DNA of 33,805 nucleotides from Gemmatimonadaceae bacterium (GTDB taxonomy: Bacteria > Gemmatimonadota > Gemmatimonadetes > Gemmatimonadales > Gemmatimonadaceae). A program made the translations under genes and the position numbers. Each line of letters starts with the position of its first letter. Position 1 is the first letter of the stretch. Where the stretch lies: assembly GCA_049428925.1 (NCBI GenBank), contig JBMTAR010000001.1:1-33805 (forward strand). The letters run 5' to 3'. The notes under the pieces were generated by a model, which saw nothing but the letters and a program-made list of their open reading frames with translations, was not told the DNA's origin and ran no database searches. Positions 26,581-33,805 of this stretch are shown one piece after another.

Positions 26581-28260
26581 GTGTCCGCCCCTGACGTCAC
26601 CCCCGCCTCGTCCCTCGACGCGCTGATCGCGCGGCGTCGCACCTTCGCGATTATCTCGCACCCCGACGCCGGGAAGACGACGCTCACCGAGAAACTCCTC
26701 CTGTACGGCGGCGCGATCCATCAGGCCGGCGCGGTGAAGGCCCGGAAGTCGCAGCGACACGCGACCTCGGACTGGATGGCGCTCGAGCAGGAGCGCGGCA
26801 TTTCCGTCACCTCGTCGGTGCTGCAGTTCGAGTACCTCGGCTATCAGGTCAACCTCCTCGACACCCCGGGTCACCAAGACTTCGGCGAGGACACCTACCG
26901 CACGCTCGTCGCGGCGGACAGCGCCGTGATGCTCCTCGACAACCGCAAGGGCGTCGAGGAACGGACGCGCCAGCTCTTCGACGTCTGCCGTCGTCGGCGG
27001 ATGCCGATCTTCACCGTCGTGAACAAGTGCGACCGCGTCGGCGAGGACCCGCTCAAGCTCGTGAGCGACCTCGAGGCGGAACTCGGGATCACCGCGGTCG
27101 CGGCGCACTGGCCGATCCACCAGGACACGGCGGAACAGGGGAGCGTCTTCGTCGGTGTGTACGACCGCCGGCGCACGCGGGCGCACCTCTTCGAGCGTGG
27201 GACGCATCACGGGGCGCAGCGCGTGGAGACGCTCGTCGTCGACCTCGATGGCCCCGCCGACCCGCGCCTTGTCGCGGCGCTGGGTGGAGATGAGACGGCG
27301 CAGGCCGCGGTCGACAAGCTCGCGCACGATGTGGAACTCCTCGATCTCGCCGGCCACGAGTTCAGCCCCGAGGCGATCATCGCCGGGGAGCAGACCCCGG
27401 TCTACTTCGCGTCAGCGATCACGAACTTCGGGGTCGAGCCCTTCCTGGAGGACTTTCTTCCGCTCGCCCCGTCGCCGGTCGCGCGGGAGAGCAGCGCCGG
27501 GCCGGTCGCACCGGGGCTCCCCGCCTTCACCGGCTTCGTGTTCAAGGTGCAGGCCAATATGGATCCGCGGCACCGTGATCGGATCGCCTTCGTGCGCGTC
27601 TGCTCGGGCCGCTATGCCGCGGGCCTCGAGGTCTCGCACGTCCGCACGGGGAAGAGCTTCAAGCTCGCGCCGCCGCAGCAGTTCCTCGGCCGCGAGCGCG
27701 CGTTCGCTGAGGAGGCGCTGCCGGGCGACGTGGTCGGGGTGCACGACCGCGGCTCGCTGCGCATCGGCGACACCCTCGCGAGCGCCGAGGCACCGCGAGA
27801 CGCGGCCGGACGGCTCCTCGAATACGTGGGGATCCCGCGCTTCGCCCCAGAGCACTTCGCGCGGATTCTCTCGAAGGACCCCCTCCGTCGGAAAGCGCTC
27901 GACAAGGGGCTCCGCGAGCTCACCGAGGAGGGGGCCGCGCAGGTCTTCTTCGCCGAGTCGGTGCTCGGTCCGGTTCCGATCGTCGGGGCGGTTGGGCTCC
28001 TGCAGTTCGACGTGATGCTGCATCGCTTGGAGCACGAATACGGCGCACCCTGCACGCTGGAGCGCGTCCCCTTCCGGTATCCGCGCTGGGTGACCGGTCC
28101 GCACGCCGCGATCGAGCGGATGGGGGAGGCGCAGGACCTCTCGCTCCTCTACGACGCGAAGGAGCATCCGGTCCTCCTCTTCCGGGACGAATGGCGGCTG
28201 CGGTGGGCCTTGGAGCGTGCCGAGACGCTCGGGCTCACGTTTCACGAGGCGGCGCCCTGA
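26581..28260 (+). CDS. prfC: Peptide chain release factor 3
   Basis: RRRTFAIISHPDAGKTTLTEKLLL, SDWMALEQERGISV, DTPGH, NKCD, FKVQANMDPRHRDRIAF and VGAVGLLQFDV. Confidence 0.97.
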   Translation: MSAPDVTPASSLDALIARRRTFAIISHPDAGKTTLTEKLLLYGGAIHQAGAVKARKSQRHATSDWMALEQERGISVTSSVLQFEYLGYQVNLLDTPGHQDFGEDTYRTLVAADSAVMLLDNRKGVEERTRQLFDVCRRRRMPIFTVVNKCDRVGEDPLKLVSDLEAELGITAVAAHWPIHQDTAEQGSVFVGVYDRRRTRAHLFERGTHHGAQRVETLVVDLDGPADPRLVAALGGDETAQAAVDKLAHDVELLDLAGHEFSPEAIIAGEQTPVYFASAITNFGVEPFLEDFLPLAPSPVARESSAGPVAPGLPAFTGFVFKVQANMDPRHRDRIAFVRVCSGRYAAGLEVSHVRTGKSFKLAPPQQFLGRERAFAEEALPGDVVGVHDRGSLRIGDTLASAEAPRDAAGRLLEYVGIPRFAPEHFARILSKDPLRRKALDKGLRELTEEGAAQVFFAESVLGPVPIVGAVGLLQFDVMLHRLEHEYGAPCTLERVPFRYPRWVTGPHAAIERMGEAQDLSLLYDAKEHPVLLFRDEWRLRWALERAETLGLTFHEAAP

Positions 28261-28351
28261 TCTGACGCGAGGCCGGGCGTCGGGGGTCCCGTGTCGTCCG
28301 ACGTACTTGGAATGCCCGTGGCCGCTGGGCACCCCGGTGAGCCCGTGCGGC

Positions 28352-28377
28352 GGAACGCTTGTGGCCGCCGCCGCGTA
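28352..28377 (+). promoter_or_regulatory. Candidate ECF sigma-factor promoter GGAAC-N17-CGTA
   Basis: GGAAC (28352-28356), 17 nt, CGTA (28374-28377) matches the generic ECF AAC...CGT consensus; lies about 113 nt upstream of the receptor start. Confidence 0.5.
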
Positions 28378-28490
28378 GTTAACGAGTCGGTCTCGTCCCA
28401 CGTACATAGGGCTGACCGGAGACCTCACGCGCTGGCGTGGGGGCCCCCGACGGTCGCGCTTGTCTTCCTTCGTCCTTTCCGAGTGCCTTC

Positions 28491-31400
28491 GTGACGTTTC
28501 GCCGTCTGTTCCTCTCGTGTGTCCTTCTGGCTGGTGTCTTCGCCCTCCCGTCCGCCGGCTTCGCGCAGGGCGGCGCCGACGTCATCCGTGGCCGCGTCGG
28601 CGGCCCGGATGACCAACCCCTCTCCGGCGCCATCGTCACCGCCACCTCGGTGAGCGGGAACGTCAGCCGCCGGGCACGCACCGGCCGCGACGGTCGCTAC
28701 ACCATCATCTTCCAAGGCGGCGACGGCGACTACTTCCTCCTCGTCCAGTCGATCGGCTACGCCCCGCGGCGCTTCCAGGTGAAGCGCGTCGCCGACGAGG
28801 AGATCCTCATCGCCGACGCCAAGCTCGCCTTCAACGCGCAAGCGCTCGACACGGTGCAGATCGCCGGCGAGCGGAACCGCGTGAATCGCAACGCCGGGCA
28901 GGATGACATCGGCGGCACCGAGCGCGGGGTCTCCGCCTCGAACCTCGCCGCCGATCAGCAGGGCGACCTCGCCGCGATGGCGGCGTCGATCCCCGGCGTC
29001 CAGTTCGTCCCCGGCGCGGACGGTGATCCGTCGGGCTTCTCGGTCCTCGGGCTGACCTCCGACCAGAACGCCACGACCCTGAATGGCCTCAACACGGGCG
29101 CCTCGAATCTCCCGCGCGATGCGGCGGTCTCGAGCTCCCTCGTCACCGCCCCGTACGACGTCTCCCGCGGCGGCTTCAGCGGCGGGCAGTTCAACGTCCG
29201 CAGCCGCCCCGGGTCGAACTTCCTGGTGCGCTCGACGAGCCTGAACCTCGACCAGCCATCGCTCCAATGGACCGATCCGGCCGGCCGGTCGCTCAACCAG
29301 GAGTACGCGAACACGTCAGCGGGTGGGAGCATCAGTGGGCCGATCACCTTCGATCAGGCCTTCTACAACTTCTCCTACCAGGTCGGACGGCGCTCCAACG
29401 ACCTCCAGACGCTGTTGAACACCGACGCCGTCGGTCTGCAGGCGTCGGGCATCGCCACCGATTCGGTGACCCGCCTCCTCGGCATCCTCGGGTCGGCGGG
29501 AATCCCCGCCACCGTGGGTGGAATCCCGAATGACCGGACCAGCGACCAGCTCCTCTTCTTCGGTGCGCTCGACTGGGCGCCCCCCTCGTCGCTCACCGGA
29601 CAGGCGCTCAACATCTCGTTCAACGGCAGCATCAACCAGCAGACGCCCGCCAGCGCCCTCGGCTCGACGCTCCCCGCCGCGAGTGGAGAGCGCACGAACG
29701 GGAGCGGCGGCGTGCAGCTCCGTCACACGAACTTCTACGGGATCTTCCTGAGCGAGACGAATCTCGGGGTCAGCAGCTCGCGCAACGTCGCCTCCCCCTA
29801 CCTGCTCCTGCCGGGCGGCACGGTGCTCGTGAACTCGACCTTCGGCGACGGCGCGAACGGCGTGACGAATGTGAGCTTCGGCGGGAGTCCCTTCCTCAAC
29901 ACGACGCAGACCACCGCGAACCTCGCGTTCAACAACCAGCTCTCCTGGTTCAGTCTCAACAACCGGCATCGCCTGAAGTTGACCACCGAGCTCCGGCGCG
30001 ACGCGTACACCAGCGAGCAGACGGCGAACCAGTTCGGGACCTTCCGCTTCAACTCGCTGGCGGATCTCGAGAACGACGTCCCCGCCAGCTTCTCGCGGCT
30101 CCTCCTCCCGCGCACGCGCGAGGCGAGTCAGTGGATCGGCGGCGCCTCGCTCGGCGACTCGTGGCGTGTGAAGCCCGACTTCCAGCTCCAGTACGGCGTT
30201 CGCGTCGATGGGAACCGCTTCGCGGATCGCCCCGGGTACAACGCGGCGGTGGAGTCGGCGTTCGGCGTCCGCAACGACGTCCTCCCGAATTTCGTCGGCG
30301 TGAGCCCGCGCCTCGGCTTCTCCTGGACCTACGGCGTTGCCCCGCAGATCCCCGGCTTCGAGGGCGCCGTGCGTGGTCCGCGCGCCGTGGTGCGCGGCGG
30401 CATCGGCATCTTCCAGAACTCCCCGCAGACGCGGCTCACGGGCACGGCCCTCGACAACACGGGGCTCGCCACCGGCATCCAGAACCTCGTCTGCACTGGG
30501 GCAGCCACGCCGATCCCCGACTGGGCGACCTACGGCCTCGATCCCTCGCAGATCCCCGACGTCTGCGCCGACGGTTCCCTCGGCTCGGTCTTCTCGAACA
30601 GCCGCCCGAACGTCACCCTGTTCAGCCCCGACTATCGTCCGCAGCGGTCCCTCCGCTCGAACGTGCAGTGGACCGGCGCGGTGCTCGATGCCCGCTTCAC
30701 CGCGACCGCCGAGCTCACCTACTCGCGGAACGAGTTCCAGCCGAGCTTCGTCGACCTGAACTTCAACCCCGTCACGCGCTTCGCCCTCGCGAGCGAGGGG
30801 GGACGGCCGATGTTCGTGAACGCCGCGAGCATCGTCCCGTTCACCGGCGCCATCGCCCCCGGGGACAACCGCATCTCGGCGCAGTTCAACCGCGTCACCC
30901 AGCAGGTCTCCGACCTGCTGGGTGAGAGTCGGCAGCTCTCGCTCCGCCTCTCCCCGACGCGGTTCAGCACCGGCCTCACCTGGTCGCTGGCCTACGTGCT
31001 CTCCGACAACCGCGACCAGGTCCGCGGCTTCCAGAACACCGCCGGCGATCCGCGGCTCGTGGAGTGGGCGGCGAGCGCGTTCAACTCGCGGCATCAGGTG
31101 AGCTTCAGCCTCGGCTACAACCTCTTCGACGCCGTGCGCATCAACTGGTTCGGGAGCTTCCGCGCCGGGAACCCGTACACGCCGCTCGTCTCGGGTGACG
31201 TGAACGGCGACGGCTACTCGAACGACCGCGCCTTCATCTTCGATCCGGCCACCGCCGCCGACCCCGCCGTCGCCACGGCGATGACCTCGCTCCTCGAGAC
31301 GACCGATCGTGAGGCGCGGGCGTGCCTGCGCGCGCAGCTCGGGGCGATCGCCGGGCGCAACAGCTGTCAGGGCCCCTGGATCCAGACGGCGAACCTCAGT

Positions 31401-32222
31401 ATCTCGCTCAACCCCGTGAAGTTCCGGCTCCCGCAGCGGGCGACACTCTCGTTCAACGTGAGCAACCCGCTCGGCGCCGCGGATCTCCTCCTCCATGGCG
31501 AGGACGGCATAAAGGGGTGGGGCCAGGCGCGGATTCCCGATCCGACGCTCCTCTACGTGCGCGGCTTCGATCCGGCGACCCAGCGGTTCCGCTACGACGT
31601 GAACCAGCGCTTCGGGAACACCAGCCCGCAGCTGAGTGCGATCCGTGCACCGGTGGTGCTCACGGTGCAGCTCCGCTTCGACCTCGGCCCCACCCGCGAG
31701 CGGCAGATCCTCCATCAGACGCTCGACCGCGGGCGGTCGCTCCCGGGCACCAAGGCGCCGGAGGCGGCGCTCAAGGCGCAGTACGGGACCGCCGGGCTGC
31801 CGAACCCGATGGCCACGATCCTGCGGCAGGCCGACACGTTGCGGCTCACCAGCCCGCAGGCCGACAGCCTCGCGACGATGAACCGGTGGTACCTCATCCG
31901 GCTCGACTCCATCTGGTCGCCAGTCGCGAAGAAGTTCGCGGCCCTCGGTGAGTCGTACGACCGCGAGGCGGTCTTCGCGGAGTACACCAAGGCCCGTCAG
32001 GGCTCGGTCGACCTCCTGCTCAAGCTCGAGCCGCGCCTGAACGCGCTGCTGACGCGCGAGCAGAAGCGGAAGCTCCCGCAGTTCATCGCCGTCTATCTCG
32101 ACCAGCGGTACCTGCAGTCGGTACGGAACGGAACGGCCGGCACGGGGTTTGGTCTCCCGGGCGGCTTCGACGTCGGCGCGATGGGCGGCGGTGGCGGGAT
32201 GCGGATCGAGATCCGACGCTGA
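28491..32222 (+). CDS. TonB-dependent-receptor-like (Oar type) outer-membrane protein with an N-terminal carboxypeptidase-regulatory-like domain and a C-terminal helical extension
   Basis: Signal peptide from GTG 28491 (...SAGFA|Q), IRGRV..PLSGAIVTA..TGRDGRY N-domain, plug-like LNG...YDVSRGGFSGG, barrel strands (LQYGVRVD, SPRLGFSW) and GDVNGDG. The barrel seems to end at VQLRFDLG, followed by about 180 more residues. Confidence 0.82.
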   Translation: MTFRRLFLSCVLLAGVFALPSAGFAQGGADVIRGRVGGPDDQPLSGAIVTATSVSGNVSRRARTGRDGRYTIIFQGGDGDYFLLVQSIGYAPRRFQVKRVADEEILIADAKLAFNAQALDTVQIAGERNRVNRNAGQDDIGGTERGVSASNLAADQQGDLAAMAASIPGVQFVPGADGDPSGFSVLGLTSDQNATTLNGLNTGASNLPRDAAVSSSLVTAPYDVSRGGFSGGQFNVRSRPGSNFLVRSTSLNLDQPSLQWTDPAGRSLNQEYANTSAGGSISGPITFDQAFYNFSYQVGRRSNDLQTLLNTDAVGLQASGIATDSVTRLLGILGSAGIPATVGGIPNDRTSDQLLFFGALDWAPPSSLTGQALNISFNGSINQQTPASALGSTLPAASGERTNGSGGVQLRHTNFYGIFLSETNLGVSSSRNVASPYLLLPGGTVLVNSTFGDGANGVTNVSFGGSPFLNTTQTTANLAFNNQLSWFSLNNRHRLKLTTELRRDAYTSEQTANQFGTFRFNSLADLENDVPASFSRLLLPRTREASQWIGGASLGDSWRVKPDFQLQYGVRVDGNRFADRPGYNAAVESAFGVRNDVLPNFVGVSPRLGFSWTYGVAPQIPGFEGAVRGPRAVVRGGIGIFQNSPQTRLTGTALDNTGLATGIQNLVCTGAATPIPDWATYGLDPSQIPDVCADGSLGSVFSNSRPNVTLFSPDYRPQRSLRSNVQWTGAVLDARFTATAELTYSRNEFQPSFVDLNFNPVTRFALASEGGRPMFVNAASIVPFTGAIAPGDNRISAQFNRVTQQVSDLLGESRQLSLRLSPTRFSTGLTWSLAYVLSDNRDQVRGFQNTAGDPRLVEWAASAFNSRHQVSFSLGYNLFDAVRINWFGSFRAGNPYTPLVSGDVNGDGYSNDRAFIFDPATAADPAVATAMTSLLETTDREARACLRAQLGAIAGRNSCQGPWIQTANLSISLNPVKFRLPQRATLSFNVSNPLGAADLLLHGEDGIKGWGQARIPDPTLLYVRGFDPATQRFRYDVNQRFGNTSPQLSAIRAPVVLTVQLRFDLGPTRERQILHQTLDRGRSLPGTKAPEAALKAQYGTAGLPNPMATILRQADTLRLTSPQADSLATMNRWYLIRLDSIWSPVAKKFAALGESYDREAVFAEYTKARQGSVDLLLKLEPRLNALLTREQKRKLPQFIAVYLDQRYLQSVRNGTAGTGFGLPGGFDVGAMGGGGGMRIEIRR

Positions 32223-32328
32223 TGGCCCGTCCTGTTCTCGCCTGGTCCTTCACGACCGTCGGTCGTCGACCCGCCTGTTCACCGACGCGTGCACACGCAC
32301 CCACGTTCGCACCCATCCAGAGTTCTCG

Positions 32329-33789
32329 ATGATTCTCACACGCCCCGCCGCACTTGCGGCACTCCTCGTCTTCGCTGCCCTGCCGGCCACGGCGCAGTCA
32401 CGCCTCCCGGCGATCCGCACCCTCGGTCCGATCACGGCCCGGTCCGTGGAGCCGCTGGGCGCCGTCTCGACCGCGGTGCCGCTCCCCGACGGCCGCGTCC
32501 TCGTCAACGACGTCCTGCAGCGTCGCGTGGTGATGTTCGACTCCACGCTCGCCCAGGTGAGTGTCGTCGCCGACACCACCAGCGCCACGGCGAACGCTTA
32601 TGGCGCGCGTGGGGGCGGTCTCATCGGCTACCGCGGGGATTCGGCGCTCTTCATCGACCCCGCCTCCCTCTCGATGATCACCGTGAATCCGCGCGGGGAG
32701 CTCACCACCGTCCGCGCGGTGCCGCGGGCGAATGAGATTCAGGCGCTCTCCGGCGCGCAGGGGCGTCCCGGCTTCGACGCGCAGGGGCGGCTCATCTACC
32801 GGGCGACCCCGCGGCCGCGTGCGGCGCGCCGCGATGCGCGCCCCGTCGTCGGCAACTTCGTGATGCCGGAGCTCCCGGATTCCGCCCCGATCGTGCGGCT
32901 CGATATGGCGAACCGGACGGGCGATCTCGCGAGCCGAGCCAGCGACACCGTCGCGGCGCTGAAGATCAGCCGCCCCGACGTGAAGGTGACGCAGGGTGCC
33001 GACGGCCGCATCAGCGTGAACACGACCGTCCATCCGATGCCCTCGCTCGATGAGTGGGCGCTTCTCGCGGACGGTACCGTGGCCGTGATCCGTGGACACG
33101 ACTTCCACGTCGATCGCTACAGGCCCGATGGCACGGTGACCTCGTCGCCGAAGCTCCCCTTCGATTGGCAGCGCCTCGACGACGATGCGAAGGCTTTCAT
33201 CATCGACAGTGCGCGCACGGCGATGGAGAAGCAGCGCGAGGAGGCGCAGCGGATGATGGCGAACGCCGGCGGGCCGATGGCGTTCATGCAGGGCGGGGGT
33301 GGTGAGGTGATGATGTCGGCGATGGGCGGCGGCGCGATGGGAGGTGGCATGGGGGGCGGCACCTTCGTGATGATGGGCGGCGGCCCCGGCGGCGGCCCGC
33401 AGCAGCGCGGTGGTGGACAGGGCGGCGGGCAGGGTGGTGGGCCGGGGGGTGGTCCCAACGGCGGGCGGGGCGGTCAGGGCGGGAACGGCTTCCAGCTCCC
33501 CCCGATCAACCTCATCAACCCGAACGAGCTCCCCGACTACCGCCCGCCCTTCCTCGCGCAGGCCGCGCTCGGTGACCTCGACGGCAACCTCTGGGTCCGC
33601 ACGACCGCGGCCCCGACGGGCGACGGCGGCGCGATCTACTACGTGATTGACGCGAACGACACCGTCTCGGACCGTGTCCAGGTTCCTCAGGGGCGCATCA
33701 TCGCCGGTTTCGGGAAGGGCGGGGTCGTCTACCTCGCGTTTCGTGACACCGAGGGGCGTGCGTTCCTCGAGACAGTTCGCGTTCGCTGA
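32329..33789 (+). CDS. Secreted hypothetical protein, probable beta-propeller with a Gly/Met-rich insertion
   Basis: Signal peptide from ATG 32329 (...LPATA|Q), blade-like segments (LPDGRVLVND, DAQGRLIY, LADGTVAVIR, DLDGNLWVR, GKGGVVYL) and a low-complexity insert at about 33253-33489. Confidence 0.75.
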   Translation: MILTRPAALAALLVFAALPATAQSRLPAIRTLGPITARSVEPLGAVSTAVPLPDGRVLVNDVLQRRVVMFDSTLAQVSVVADTTSATANAYGARGGGLIGYRGDSALFIDPASLSMITVNPRGELTTVRAVPRANEIQALSGAQGRPGFDAQGRLIYRATPRPRAARRDARPVVGNFVMPELPDSAPIVRLDMANRTGDLASRASDTVAALKISRPDVKVTQGADGRISVNTTVHPMPSLDEWALLADGTVAVIRGHDFHVDRYRPDGTVTSSPKLPFDWQRLDDDAKAFIIDSARTAMEKQREEAQRMMANAGGPMAFMQGGGGEVMMSAMGGGAMGGGMGGGTFVMMGGGPGGGPQQRGGGQGGGQGGGPGGGPNGGRGGQGGNGFQLPPINLINPNELPDYRPPFLAQAALGDLDGNLWVRTTAAPTGDGGAIYYVIDANDTVSDRVQVPQGRIIAGFGKGGVVYLAFRDTEGRAFLETVRVR

Positions 33790-33791
33790 TA

Positions 33792-33805
33792 CCTCTGCGA
33801 AGGGG
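33792..33805 (+). terminator. Possible terminator hairpin truncated by the window end
   Basis: CCTCT-GCGA-AGGGG directly after the stop: 5-bp stem including one G-U pair and a GNRA loop. The downstream tract is not visible. Confidence 0.3.

Noticed and set aside
28261-28490. Known riboswitch, tRNA or small ORFs (28291-28494, 28379-28681) in the prfC-receptor gap
   Set aside because: No recognisable Rfam consensus or cloverleaf; the ORFs lack motifs and overlap the promoter candidate or the receptor start.
1-33805. CRISPR arrays, IS/transposases, prophage, defence systems, rRNA/tRNA
   Set aside because: No regularly spaced repeats, no recombinase, nuclease-defence or phage motifs, and almost no unassigned space for RNA genes.

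Overview
High-GC (roughly 70-75% by eye), gene-dense chromosomal segment of a diderm bacterium. Gene content and protein style suggest Gemmatimonadota, but this is inference only. About 31 CDS. The left block is a 5'-truncated TamB-like gene, an orphan REC-Fis-HTH response regulator, an unannotated 57-aa 4xCxxC protein and a P1/S58 peptidase. It is followed by a DMT-HAD-CYTH-acpS operon. A long minus-strand run encodes a TPR/CsgG-like protein, a beta-barrel, yebC-ruvCAB-queA-yajC-def-fmt-rsmB-rpe-tlpA-tsaD-lgt. The right part has msbA-like, lpxL-like and class V PLP genes, prfC, and a two-gene envelope locus: an Oar/TonB-dependent-type receptor and a secreted propeller-like protein. No rRNA, tRNA, CRISPR or mobile element was seen. 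Most notable: (1) a TAnnnT box 5-7 nt before eight start codons, suggesting widespread leaderless transcription; (2) a TonB-type receptor with a ~180-aa C-terminal Spy/CpxP-like LTxxQ domain behind an ECF-type promoter, paired with a Gly/Met-rich partner; (3) a TPR-CsgG-like plus barrel pair; (4) a shared C-terminal hydrophobic-x-I-x-I-R-R motif on two unrelated exported proteins; (5) a hidden Zn-finger microprotein; (6) no tgt between queA and yajC. All family assignments come from motif recognition, not database searches.
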